DNA from: Methylophilaceae bacterium
Lineage (GTDB): Bacteria > Pseudomonadota > Gammaproteobacteria > Burkholderiales > Methylophilaceae
DNA length: 64,000 nt
Assembly: GCA_028122555.1 (NCBI GenBank)
Contig: JAOHSH010000003.1
Span: forward strand, 7,791-71,790
Reading direction: 5' to 3'
Under the pieces are notes generated by a model. The model saw only the letters and a program-made list of their open reading frames with translations. It was not told where the DNA came from and did not search any database. Positions 54,220 through 64,000 of this stretch are shown here, one piece after another. The position numbers and the translations under genes were made by a program. Every line of letters starts with the position of its first letter. Positions within the stretch are counted from its first letter, which is position 1.

Positions 54220-54270
54220 ATATTTATTATCTACTTGATTTAAATTAGTATTTAAATTAGTATTGCACTT

Positions 54271-54343
54271 GTTCGAGGGACGCTGCAAGATGCTAAGAAT
54301 TTCCCAGGCTCGAACTGCAAATTTATTTGTAACTGCGTTCACC
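54271..54343 (+). ncRNA. SAH riboswitch
   Basis: GTTCGAG-GGACGC-TGC...CCAGGCTCGAAC (P1) with downstream AAC-TGCGTTC-AC pseudoknot partner; upstream of ahcY. Confidence 0.88.
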
Positions 54344-54419
54344 ATTATTAAACCGTACCAGTTACGGGATGATTGGTGAACCATTCATCTCACTGGTCAC
54401 ATTTATTTTAGGAAAAAAA

Positions 54420-55841
54420 ATGAATACAGTGACTGACTCAAAATTAAATACTAAAGATTATCTTGTAGCCGATATTAGTTTGTCAAGTTTCGGCAGAAAA
54501 GAGATAGCAATAGCCGAAACAGAAATGCCTGGATTAATGGCAATTCGTAAAGAGTATGCGAGCAAAAAACCTTTAAAAGGGGCTCGAATTTCTGGTTCTC
54601 TCCATATGACTATCCAAACGGCTGTTTTAATTGAAACACTTAATGAATTAGGTGCTGATGTAAGATGGGCTTCTTGTAACATTTACTCAACTCAGGATCA
54701 TGCTGCTGCAGCAATTGCTGACGGTGGTACGCCAGTTTTTGCCTTTAAGAATGAAAGTCTAGATGAGTATTGGGAATTCACGCATCGTATTTTTGAATGG
54801 CCAGATAACAAATACACAAATATGATTCTAGATGATGGAGGAGACGCAACTCTTCTACTTCATCTTGGAGTTAAAGCTGAAAAAGATATTTCAGTTTTAG
54901 ATAAACCATCTACTGAGGAAGAAATTTGTTTATTTAATGCAATTAAAAATAAGCTAAAAATAAATTCATCTTGGTACTCTGAAAGATTACCTCAGGTTCA
55001 AGGGGTAACAGAAGAAACTACGACGGGAGTTATGCGACTTTATCAAATGTTTAGGGATAACGAATTAGCATTTCCTGCAATTAATGTAAATGATTCAGTA
55101 ACTAAGTCGAAATTTGATAATTTATACGGATGTAGGGAATCATTGGTAGATGCTATTAAAAGAGCTACTGATGTAATGATTGCTGGTAAGATTGCGGTAG
55201 TTTGTGGTTATGGTGATGTAGGAAAAGGGTCTGCTCAAGCTTTAAGAGCTTTATCTGCTCAAGTTTGGATAACAGAAGTTGATCCAATATGCGCACTTCA
55301 AGCAGCTATGGAGGGCTACCGTGTGGTAACTATGGAATATGCTGCAAAACTTGCTGATATTTTTGTGTCTGCAACAGGGAATTATAATGTAATAAATCAT
55401 GAACATATGAAAGTCATGAAAGATCAGGCTATTGTATGTAATATTGGTCATTTTGATAATGAAATTGATGTTGCTTCATTATCAGAATATAAATGGGAAG
55501 AAATAAAGCCACAAGTTGATCATGTAATTTTCCCAGACAACAAACGTATCATTCTTTTAGCAAAAGGGCGTTTAGTTAACCTTGGATGTGGAACAGGGCA
55601 CCCAAGTTATGTTATGGGGTCTTCTTTTGCCAATCAGGTAATTGCTCAAATAGAATTATTCTCTGAAAAAGACAAATATCCGCTTGGTGTTCATGTATTA
55701 CCTAAACATTTAGATGAAAAAGTAGCTAGATTACAGTTAACGACGTTAAATGCTGACTTAACTGTGTTAACTCAAGAGCAAGCTAAATATATTGATGTAG
55801 ATGTTAATGGACCATTTAAGACTGATACGTATCGGTATTAA
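54420..55841 (+). CDS. ahcY: adenosylhomocysteinase
   Basis: [38 protein letters not shown]; start moved to MNTVT after AGGA. Confidence 0.98.
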   Translation: MNTVTDSKLNTKDYLVADISLSSFGRKEIAIAETEMPGLMAIRKEYASKKPLKGARISGSLHMTIQTAVLIETLNELGADVRWASCNIYSTQDHAAAAIADGGTPVFAFKNESLDEYWEFTHRIFEWPDNKYTNMILDDGGDATLLLHLGVKAEKDISVLDKPSTEEEICLFNAIKNKLKINSSWYSERLPQVQGVTEETTTGVMRLYQMFRDNELAFPAINVNDSVTKSKFDNLYGCRESLVDAIKRATDVMIAGKIAVVCGYGDVGKGSAQALRALSAQVWITEVDPICALQAAMEGYRVVTMEYAAKLADIFVSATGNYNVINHEHMKVMKDQAIVCNIGHFDNEIDVASLSEYKWEEIKPQVDHVIFPDNKRIILLAKGRLVNLGCGTGHPSYVMGSSFANQVIAQIELFSEKDKYPLGVHVLPKHLDEKVARLQLTTLNADLTVLTQEQAKYIDVDVNGPFKTDTYRY

Positions 55842-55844
55842 ACT

Positions 55845-56678
55845 ATGGCTGAAATATTATCAGTAAGTTTTGAATTTTTTCCTCCTCGCACTGAGGAGGG
55901 AGTTCTTAAACTTGATAAAACAGTAAAAACTTTATCAGAATTTAATCCAGAATTTTTTTCTGTTACTTTTGGTGCAGGCGGCTCAACTAAAACTAAAACA
56001 TTAGAAACAGTTTTAAATATTAAATCATCAAATAATCATGCGGTACCCCACCTATCTTGTATTAGTGCTTCAAAAGAAGATATTAGAAATCTTTTAAATG
56101 AATATAAAACACATGAAATCAACCATTTAATAGCCTTAAGAGGGGATAACCCATCAGGCGCAATAAGTCATGGAGATTTTAAATATGCTAATGAGTTAAT
56201 TTCTTTTATAAGAGAAGAAACAGGAGAATATTTTCATGTCCAAGTTGGTGCTTATCCTGAATATCACCCTGAAGCAGATTCTGCAGATGATGATTTAGAG
56301 AATTTTAAAAGAAAAATAGAGGCTGGAGCAGATTCAGCTATCACACAGTTTTTTTTTAATGCAGATGCTTACTTTAGATTTATAGAAGAATGCCATAAAA
56401 GATCTATTTCAGTACCTATTATTCCTGGAATTATGCCTATTTATAATATTAAGCAATTATCAAGATTCGCTTCAAATTGTGGCGCAGAAATTCCTAGATG
56501 GCTTAGATTAAAACTTGAAAGTTATGACAACGATATTCAGTCATTGAGAGATTACGGTGTGGATGTTATATCAGAGTTGTGCGAAACCTTGATTCAATAT
56601 GGTGTTCCTGGCATACATTTTTATACTTTAAACGAATCAAAAATTGTTTCAAAAATAATTAAGAATTTAAGTAATTAA
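55845..56678 (+). CDS. metF: 5,10-methylenetetrahydrofolate reductase
   Basis: SFEFFPP, SVTFGAGG, ALRGD, YPEYHP, HFYTLN. Confidence 0.96.
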   Translation: MAEILSVSFEFFPPRTEEGVLKLDKTVKTLSEFNPEFFSVTFGAGGSTKTKTLETVLNIKSSNNHAVPHLSCISASKEDIRNLLNEYKTHEINHLIALRGDNPSGAISHGDFKYANELISFIREETGEYFHVQVGAYPEYHPEADSADDDLENFKRKIEAGADSAITQFFFNADAYFRFIEECHKRSISVPIIPGIMPIYNIKQLSRFASNCGAEIPRWLRLKLESYDNDIQSLRDYGVDVISELCETLIQYGVPGIHFYTLNESKIVSKIIKNLSN

Positions 56679-57136
56679 TGAAGAATTAACTGCTCTGTTT
56701 GATATAAAGAATCTTCAACAAAAAGATAATCATTTTCACGACCATTGTTCCACAATGTCATCATGACAATCCAACGAACCTCATCAATATTAATTATATT
56801 TTGATTAAGTGCCATTGCACGATCAATAATAATTTCACGCTCTATTGAGTCTAAGATATTAGCTTGTTCAAGAAATAAAATAAAACCCAATCCATCAGGT
56901 GAAAACTTTTCTTTTTCATTTTCTGTAAAAATTCTAAATTTATCGTTAATTTTTAATGAATTAGATTGGGGAATTTTTTCTGACATTTTTTTAAGTTCAG
57001 AAAACCAATCAAGGGCATTTTCAATATCTTTATTATTAAATCCAGCTGCTTCAAGCTCTAAAGTCATATTAGCAAAGTCTAGATTATTTTTAGAACTTAG
57101 GTAGTTTTCGAACATATAGATAAGCAAATCAAACAT
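56675..57136 (-). CDS. smg: Smg/DUF494 family protein
   Basis: MFDLLIYMFENY, AGF..DI..AL.W, RE.IIDRAMAL. Confidence 0.92.
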   Translation of the reverse strand: MFDLLIYMFENYLSSKNNLDFANMTLELEAAGFNNKDIENALDWFSELKKMSEKIPQSNSLKINDKFRIFTENEKEKFSPDGLGFILFLEQANILDSIEREIIIDRAMALNQNIINIDEVRWIVMMTLWNNGRENDYLFVEDSLYQTEQLILH

Positions 57137-57410
57137 GATATATCCTTAATTCTTGAAATTTAATATAAGAAATTTACAAACTTTCACAATGAAAAAAAGA
57201 AAATTAGACTGTAAGCAGTATAATTAGTTTTAATTAGATTTTTTTCATAATCAACTAGAAATTTAACAGTTAATAATTAATTAATCAACATATTATGACA
57301 ATTTTGAATTCATTAAATTATCTATATCCTTTTTTTATATGTTCGATATTAATAATAAGACATTTCATTCTAAAATAAAAAATGATAAATGATAAAAGAA
57401 ATCAGACATA

Positions 57411-58364
57411 ATGATGAATAAGAAACTAAAGATTGTTTTTGCTGGGACTCCTAAATTTGCAGTACAAACATTAGGCGCATTATATAAAGAAGGGTATGAA
57501 ATATTACTAGTTCTTACCCAGCCAGATAGAAAAGCAGGTAGAGGAATGAATTTAAAGGCAAGCCCAGTAAAGCAAATGGGTGAAGATCTTAGTCTTCCAA
57601 TCTATCAACCAGAAAAATTAAATGATGATATCGTACAAAAAAAATTATTAGAACTTAATGCAGATATTTTAGTAGTAGCTGCATATGGCTTAATAATACC
57701 GAGTGAGATTCTTGATATTTTTCCTAAAGGTGCATATAACGTTCATGCTTCATTACTTCCTTTATGGAGGGGTGCAGCCCCAATTCATAGAGCAATAGAA
57801 GCTGGAGACTCAAAAATTGGTGTGACTATTATGTCAGTGTCTTCAAAATTAGACGCGGGAGATATGATAAGGAAAAGATCTGTAAATTTGGGTAAAGACG
57901 AAAATACAGAAGATGTTACAAAGTATTTATCTATATTAGGTGCTGAATTAATGGTTAATGTAATTAATGATATTAATAATAATAAAATTCCTAAATTAAT
58001 TAAGCAAAATGAAGGTGCAGCAACTTATGCAAATAAAATTATAAAATCTGAGGGTAAAGTGATATGGAGAGATGTAACATCTGAGCAGATAATCCGTAAG
58101 ATAAATGCTTTTAATCCATTTCCAGGAGTATCTTGTTTTTTTAGAGGTAAAGTAATAAAAATATGGAAAGCTAGTATAGAGGATAAAATTAAAATAAATA
58201 AGCCAGGAAGTTTGTGGGTAAACTCAGAAAAAAGTAGCCTTTTTTTAGGAACAGTTGATGGGACTATAGAGCTTAAAGAAGTTCAATTAGCAGGTAAGAG
58301 AAAAATGACAGCAAAAGAATTTATTTTTGCTAATGAAATTGAAAATGGTGAGTCTCTTTCATGA
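57411..58364 (+). CDS. fmt: methionyl-tRNA formyltransferase
   Basis: FAGTP.FA, TQPDRKAGRG, NVHASLLP.WRGAAPI. Confidence 0.96.
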   Translation: MMNKKLKIVFAGTPKFAVQTLGALYKEGYEILLVLTQPDRKAGRGMNLKASPVKQMGEDLSLPIYQPEKLNDDIVQKKLLELNADILVVAAYGLIIPSEILDIFPKGAYNVHASLLPLWRGAAPIHRAIEAGDSKIGVTIMSVSSKLDAGDMIRKRSVNLGKDENTEDVTKYLSILGAELMVNVINDINNNKIPKLIKQNEGAATYANKIIKSEGKVIWRDVTSEQIIRKINAFNPFPGVSCFFRGKVIKIWKASIEDKIKINKPGSLWVNSEKSSLFLGTVDGTIELKEVQLAGKRKMTAKEFIFANEIENGESLS

Positions 58365-59632
58365 TGTTCCATTCTCAATTTTTAGCAGCAAAAATATTAG
58401 AACAAGTACTTTTAGGAAAAAATTTAGATAAAAGTTTTCAATTGGTATTAAATAATAAAAAGGTAGAAAATTTATCAGAAATAAAAGATATGGCTTATGG
58501 CGCTATAAGAGAGTTAGGAGAATCAAACTTTTATATTAACAAGTTGGTTAAAAATAAGATTCATAACTTATGTCTTGAGTCGCTTTTACATATTGTTTTA
58601 TTTCAAATAAATAATACAAGATCAAATAATTTTACGTTAGTTAATCAAGCGGTTGATGCAGCAAAAAAAATTGATTTAAAGAAAAGTTCATTTATAAATG
58701 CAGTGTTAAGAAACTTTCTAAGAAATAAAGATAATTTACAGAAGCAATTAAATGAAAATGAATCTGCAAAGTATAGCTATCCAAAGTGGTGGATCGAAAA
58801 GGTTAAAAACCAATACCCAAAAAATTGGCAAGATATTCTTAATATTGGTAATCAGCGACCACCACTTACATTAAGAATTAATTCAAAGAAGCTTATTATT
58901 GGAGAGTATTCTGAGAAATTAAATAAGCAAGGAGCAGAGCATACTTTATTAAATGATGAATGTTTAATTCTTAAAAAACCTTTAGATGTAAAAAAAATTC
59001 CAGGATTTGATGTTGGTGAGGTATCAGTTCAAGATCTGGGAGCACAATTAGCAGCTCATATAATTGATTTAAAAAATAATCAAAAAGTATTGGATGCTTG
59101 CTCTGCCCCGGGGGGAAAGGCTTGTCATATGTTAGAGTTAAATAAAATACAATTAACTGCAATTGATAGTGATAAGCAAAGAACAATAAAAATTAATGAT
59201 AATATCAACCGTCAAGGGTTTACAGCAAAGGTTATGAATGAAGAGTTAAATATTCGAAATAAATGGTGGGATAAAGAGTATTTTGATCGAATATTATTGG
59301 ACGTACCATGTTCGGCATCAGGAATAGTTAGAAGGCATGTTGATATAAAATGGTTGAGAAGGGTTAATGATTTTAAGAAATTTTCAGATAATCAATTATT
59401 GTTGTTAAGGGCAGCTTGGCCAATGCTAAAAGAAGGGGGAAAATTATTATATATAACTTGTTCTATTTTTGAGGAAGAAAACAGAGAAGTTATTGAAGAT
59501 TTTAAAAAAAGCTTAAGTAATATTTCTGAAATAGATATAAAATTTCCTTCAAATATATTTCACATAAAGAATCAAGTACTTCCTTCAGATAATCATGATG
59601 GATTATTTTATGCACTTCTTCAAAAAAATTAA
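58361..59632 (+). CDS. rsmB: 16S rRNA m5C967 methyltransferase
   Basis: NusB-like N-terminus, SVQD, DACSAPGGK, DVPCSASG, YITCS. Confidence 0.95.
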   Translation: MMFHSQFLAAKILEQVLLGKNLDKSFQLVLNNKKVENLSEIKDMAYGAIRELGESNFYINKLVKNKIHNLCLESLLHIVLFQINNTRSNNFTLVNQAVDAAKKIDLKKSSFINAVLRNFLRNKDNLQKQLNENESAKYSYPKWWIEKVKNQYPKNWQDILNIGNQRPPLTLRINSKKLIIGEYSEKLNKQGAEHTLLNDECLILKKPLDVKKIPGFDVGEVSVQDLGAQLAAHIIDLKNNQKVLDACSAPGGKACHMLELNKIQLTAIDSDKQRTIKINDNINRQGFTAKVMNEELNIRNKWWDKEYFDRILLDVPCSASGIVRRHVDIKWLRRVNDFKKFSDNQLLLLRAAWPMLKEGGKLLYITCSIFEEENREVIEDFKKSLSNISEIDIKFPSNIFHIKNQVLPSDNHDGLFYALLQKN

Positions 59633-60185
59633 CGTAATCACCATTATCATTATCATTATTTCTATTTTATTAGTCATAATGTATAAAACTCCTCAATCTG
59701 AGGAAAATAAAATAATAATTAAAAATATTGTCGTTGAAGATAAAGAAGATTTAAAATTTTTAAGTTTTGATCAAGAGATAAATATTAATTATTTAATTAG
59801 TGAAGCAATAGATAAGGGCATACCTTTAGTATTTAAGGTTACTTTAGAGATAGTCGAGGTAAATGATATTTGGCCAACTAAAACGGTTTTAAAAAAAATA
59901 AGGTATTATCAAATTGAATATAAGGCATTAAGAAAAGTATATAAAATAAAAGATATAAATGGAAAGAATTATGAATATAAGTATCTTGATGAAGCAATAC
60001 AAAAAATTTCAAAAGTAAAAGATTTTGGATTTTCATTCAATAATAATCAAGTGAATTTTGAGTTATGGTTAAATGTAGCTTTAGAACGTAAGAAGTTACC
60101 TAAGCCCCTACAAGTTAACTATTTTGATAGAACCTGGTATATGAATTCAAACAAAAGTATTTATAAATTTGGAAAATTAAATTGA
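59610..60185 (+). CDS. DUF4390 domain periplasmic protein
   Basis: EAIDKGIPL.F and LPKPLQV motifs; position between rsmB and sensor kinase. Confidence 0.75.
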   Translation: MHFFKKINVITIIIIIISILLVIMYKTPQSEENKIIIKNIVVEDKEDLKFLSFDQEININYLISEAIDKGIPLVFKVTLEIVEVNDIWPTKTVLKKIRYYQIEYKALRKVYKIKDINGKNYEYKYLDEAIQKISKVKDFGFSFNNNQVNFELWLNVALERKKLPKPLQVNYFDRTWYMNSNKSIYKFGKLN

Positions 60186-62302
60186 AATATATCATAATTA
60201 CTGCATCATTTATTGGCATTGCTTTACTTATTTTGTTAGCAAAAGCAATTTCAAATTCAGATCTTATTTCAAGTGATTCATTTAGAATTCTTCTAGGTCT
60301 AAATATATTTTTTATATTTTCACTTATTGTTTTGATAGCAGTACAAATTTTTCGTTTACTTCAAAGTGTTAAAAAAGAGATTACAGGAAGTAGGCTTACA
60401 TTAAGGCTAGTTTTGTCATTTGCCTTAATGGGAATTGTTCCAGTTCTTATTGTATATTTAGTGTCTGTGAATTTTTTAACAAAATCAATTGAGTCATGGT
60501 TTGACGTAAAAGTTGAATCAGCCTTAGAGGGGGGGTTAACGTTAGGACAAAAAACAATTGATATTTTGATGAGTGATATTGAATTAAAAGGCAAAAGTAT
60601 CGCTTACTCAATTGGAAATGCAGATCCAGAACAAAGAAATAATATTTTGTCAGATCTAAGAGCAAAGTTTGGTATTCAAGATGCTGTGATATTTGATCAA
60701 GATTCTATGATAATAGAAGTTTCAAGTGAAAAAAATGATTTAATTCCTCCTATCCCTAATATTGAAGATTTAGAAAGAGGGGGGCAAGATTTTTTTGGAA
60801 GAATTGAAGAAGCAAATGGCGAGCAAATATACTTAAAAGCTTTTACACCAATAATTTCAGAAAATGTAATGTCAAAAAGATTAATTCTTCAATTAACTCA
60901 ACCAATACCACCATCAATTGCAAATTTAGCATTATCTGTAGAATCTGTTTATGATGAATATCAACAGCTTACATATAGTAGAAATTCATTAAAAATTATT
61001 TATATTTTAACGCTAACACTAGTTCTACTATTAGCTTTATTATCATCTGTAGCAGCCTCTTTTGTTATTAGTAGAAGATTCTCCTCGCCATTAGCTATGC
61101 TTGCAGATGCAACAAGACAAATATCAAAAGGAAATTATAAAAAAATTACTTCAAAACAAGGCAAAGATGAGATAGGTGTATTAATAAGCTCATTTAATAG
61201 TATGACTTCACAATTGGAAGAAGCAACAAAAAATTCAGAGAAAGACAGAGAAAGGGTAGAAATTGCAAGAACTTTTCTCGAAACTATACTAGCGCATTTA
61301 ACAACTGGCGTTATTGTTATTGATGATAAAAAAATTATTCGATTAAATAATGTTTCAGCATCAAGAATGCTTCAAAATAAGAATAGCCCTATGAATAATA
61401 AGTCAATGAGTAAAATAATATCAAATAATAAAATTTTTGAACCGCTATATGAATTTATTGAAGATTATATAGCGACAAATAAAAAAAATAAAAAAGAAGT
61501 TAGCCAAGAATTTAAACTTAATAAAGATAGTCAGGAAAGGACAATAATGTTACAAATAACCCCATTAATTGAGAATAAAAACAAATCATACGTATTAGTA
61601 ATTGACGATATCTCTGAAGTTACAAAAGCACAAAGGCATAGTGCATGGGGTGAAATTGCTAGGAGGCTAGCTCACGAAATAAAAAATCCCCTAACTCCAA
61701 TACAATTATCAGCAGAAAGAATACAACATAAGTTTAGTAATAAGTTAAATAAAGATGACTCAATTGTTCTAGAGCGTTCTACAAAAACAATTGTAAATCA
61801 AGTAAACGCGTTAAAAATTATGGTTAATGAATTCGCAGAATATGCAAGACCACCTAAGCTTGAAAAAGATGCAATAAGAATTGATAACCTTGTAGATGAG
61901 GTCATTGAGCTATATGAAATAAGTAAAATAATTAATATACAAAAGGATAAAAATATACCAATAATTTATGCTGATCAGAATAAACTAAGGCAAGTAATAA
62001 TAAATTTAATAGAAAATTCACAAGATGCATTAAAAGGTATTGAAAAACCTAAAATAAAAATATTTATTAGAAAGTATATTAATGAAGTCGAATTGAATAT
62101 TGAGGACAATGGTATTGGTATTCCTGATACGATCATTGGAAGAATATTTGAACCATATGTAACATCAAAGAAGACAGGAACTGGTCTAGGATTAGCAATA
62201 GTTCATAAAATTATTGAAGAGCATAATGGTAGTATTAAAATTGAAAGAATTGATAACTCTGGAACAAGGGTCATAATAAAACTTAAAAGTGGAAAAAATT
62301 AA
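60182..62302 (+). CDS. ntrY: NtrY-like sensor histidine kinase
   Basis: Multiple TM, SIESWF, HAMP, PAS, AWGEIARRLAHEIKNPLTPIQLSAER, GTGLGL. Confidence 0.88.
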   Translation: MKYIIITASFIGIALLILLAKAISNSDLISSDSFRILLGLNIFFIFSLIVLIAVQIFRLLQSVKKEITGSRLTLRLVLSFALMGIVPVLIVYLVSVNFLTKSIESWFDVKVESALEGGLTLGQKTIDILMSDIELKGKSIAYSIGNADPEQRNNILSDLRAKFGIQDAVIFDQDSMIIEVSSEKNDLIPPIPNIEDLERGGQDFFGRIEEANGEQIYLKAFTPIISENVMSKRLILQLTQPIPPSIANLALSVESVYDEYQQLTYSRNSLKIIYILTLTLVLLLALLSSVAASFVISRRFSSPLAMLADATRQISKGNYKKITSKQGKDEIGVLISSFNSMTSQLEEATKNSEKDRERVEIARTFLETILAHLTTGVIVIDDKKIIRLNNVSASRMLQNKNSPMNNKSMSKIISNNKIFEPLYEFIEDYIATNKKNKKEVSQEFKLNKDSQERTIMLQITPLIENKNKSYVLVIDDISEVTKAQRHSAWGEIARRLAHEIKNPLTPIQLSAERIQHKFSNKLNKDDSIVLERSTKTIVNQVNALKIMVNEFAEYARPPKLEKDAIRIDNLVDEVIELYEISKIINIQKDKNIPIIYADQNKLRQVIINLIENSQDALKGIEKPKIKIFIRKYINEVELNIEDNGIGIPDTIIGRIFEPYVTSKKTGTGLGLAIVHKIIEEHNGSIKIERIDNSGTRVIIKLKSGKN

Positions 62303-62307
62303 AAGTT

Positions 62308-63549
62308 ATGGCTAAGACAAATATATTAATTGTTGATGATGAGCAAGATATTAGAGAATCATTAAGAGATATTCTTGAAGATGAGGGGCATAAATTATAT
62401 TTGGCAGAAAATGCTGAAGAAGCAAAATTAATTAAAAATAAAGAAGATATTGAATTAATTCTTTTAGATATTTGGATGCCAGATTGTGATGGTATAACTT
62501 TACTGAAACAATGGGCAACAGCTAATGTAATAAATTGTCCAGTAATAATGATGTCAGGCCATGGAACGATTGATACAGCAATTGAAGCAACAAAGATTGG
62601 AGCCTATGATTTTCTTGAAAAACCAATCTCATTACAAAAATTATTAAATACGTTAAACTCAGCTTTAAAAAAAGAAATTCACATATCAAAAATTGACCAA
62701 AATTTTATAAATACTTCACAAGTAAATTGGGTCATTCACTGTAAACAAAAACTAATAGATCTTAAAGCTTTAAATTTAATTTATTTAGAAGGATCAGAAG
62801 GCAATTTTATTAATATATGTATTAATAGTCTTGTAGGTACGAATTATTTATTGATAGATTCAAATGTAATTATTAAAGATAATTTTATTGAAAAAGCAGC
62901 ACAAAAAGGTTGCAGTGCAATACTATTTAAAAATTTTTCACAATTTGAAAATATAGTAAAAGAAAATATAATAAAATTCTTAAATGAGAATACCTATGAA
63001 CAAATAAAAGTTATTTTTGTTGATGATAATCTGAAAAGTATTATTGGTAGTGACACACCAAAAGAAAATATTTTAAGTATGCCTGATTTCACAAATAATC
63101 AAGATCTAATCCCTGATTTCTCAATAGCAATACTTAAATTTTATCTGACAATGAATAAGCATCTTGGGTATAAAGAATTTGAGATTTCTGCATTAAATTC
63201 TTTAAGAATATGTAATATTATTAAAAATATAGATGAACTCGATGATATTATTTTTAATTTAATTAAGGTTTCTGAAGGCCAAAAAATATCATCGGAAGAC
63301 GTGGTAAATTATTTACAGAGTTTTAAATTAAAGGTAAACAAAAAAGTTCCTCCTGAAAAAGGCACTCTAGATATGAGCGAGGTAATATTTAATAAATCTC
63401 TTAGAGATGCAAGAGATGAATTTGAAAAATTATATTTTAAATTTCATATGCAAAAAAAACTTTCTGTTTCAGAATTAGCAAAAAAATCTGGTGTGGAAAG
63501 AACTCATTTGTATAGAAAGTTAAAATCTCTTGGAATTAAAAGTAAGTAG
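62308..63549 (+). CDS. ntrX: NtrX-like response regulator (REC, degenerate AAA+, Fis HTH)
   Basis: VDDE, LLDIWMP, MMSGHG, FLEKP; C-terminal LRDARDEFEK...ERTHLYRKLK. Confidence 0.85.
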   Translation: MAKTNILIVDDEQDIRESLRDILEDEGHKLYLAENAEEAKLIKNKEDIELILLDIWMPDCDGITLLKQWATANVINCPVIMMSGHGTIDTAIEATKIGAYDFLEKPISLQKLLNTLNSALKKEIHISKIDQNFINTSQVNWVIHCKQKLIDLKALNLIYLEGSEGNFINICINSLVGTNYLLIDSNVIIKDNFIEKAAQKGCSAILFKNFSQFENIVKENIIKFLNENTYEQIKVIFVDDNLKSIIGSDTPKENILSMPDFTNNQDLIPDFSIAILKFYLTMNKHLGYKEFEISALNSLRICNIIKNIDELDDIIFNLIKVSEGQKISSEDVVNYLQSFKLKVNKKVPPEKGTLDMSEVIFNKSLRDARDEFEKLYFKFHMQKKLSVSELAKKSGVERTHLYRKLKSLGIKSK

Positions 63550-63556
63550 TAAGTAG

Positions 63557-64000
63557 TCAGTTTAATTCAGTAACAACAGGAGTGTGATCAGATGGCCTTT
63601 CCATTTCACGTGGTTGTTTATCAATATATGCTTTTTTTAAATTATCCAATAGAGACTCCGTTGTAAGAATATGATCAATTCGCATACCTAAGTTTCTTTT
63701 TAAAGGAATCCTATAATCCCACCATGAGAACTCAATAGAATCAGGGTTTAAATACCTAAATGAATCTGTAAAACCCAGATTTAAGATCTTTTTAAAGTAA
63801 TCTCTTTCAATATCAGATACTAGATTTTTACCTATCCATACTTTTGGGTCATGACAATCAATATCTTGTGGAGAGATATTGAAATCACCAGTCAAAATAA
63901 TATTTTCGTAGTTTTTTTTTAAATCCTTTAATAATTTGTAGAAATGTGAAAGCCATTTTTTTTTATAGATAAATTTATCAGAATCTAAAGATTGGCCATT
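63557..64000 (-). CDS. xth: exodeoxyribonuclease III (5' part off window)
   Basis: PNGQS, GDFNI, FSWWDYR, GMRIDHIL, PSDHTPV. Confidence 0.93.
   Translation of the reverse strand, partial: NGQSLDSDKFIYKKKWLSHFYKLLKDLKKNYENIILTGDFNISPQDIDCHDPKVWIGKNLVSDIERDYFKKILNLGFTDSFRYLNPDSIEFSWWDYRIPLKRNLGMRIDHILTTESLLDNLKKAYIDKQPREMERPSDHTPVVTELN

Noticed and set aside
1095-60665. Many short overlapping or antisense ORFs in the track (e.g. 3426-3803, 23855-24178, 32968-33312, 52208-52573, 53234-53632)
   Set aside because: They lie within well-supported housekeeping genes, lack RBS or motifs, and look like shadow ORFs.

Overview
AT-rich (roughly 30% GC by eye), very gene-dense chromosomal segment of a genome-streamlined betaproteobacterium. 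Gene order and protein sequences are most consistent with Methylophilaceae (OM43/Methylopumilus-like); this taxonomy is inferred. Most of the window is core housekeeping: dsbD, hemCD, argH, rph-rdgB-hemW, yicC-gmk-rpoZ-spoT-ridA-recG-ubiCA, rplM-rpsI, argC-bactofilin-erpA, gltA, anmK, tyrS, rimP-nusA-infB-rbfA-truB-rpsO-pnp, dksA, folD, valS, phoU, rpiA, ilvA, zapAB, xerC-dapF, metK-ahcY-metF, smg, fmt-rsmB-ntrYX-like and xth. RNA elements are four tRNAs (Pro, Arg, His, Phe), 6S RNA, a cobalamin riboswitch and an SAH riboswitch. No IS, prophage or CRISPR was seen. The most interesting items lie in a small accessory patch at about 38-50 kb. (1) An operon of three tiny membrane proteins of unknown function, two of them missed by the ORF track, with its own promoter and a palindrome. 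(2) A minimal B12 uptake unit (riboswitch, TonB-dependent receptor, BtuM-like protein) in which the BtuM homologue has no cysteine and the riboswitch has two copies of the kissing-loop hairpin. (3) A beta-propeller lipoprotein with an acidic loop and a His-rich tail. DksA also carries an 11x VTAKK histone-like repeat, and the NtrX-like regulator has a degenerate AAA+ domain.
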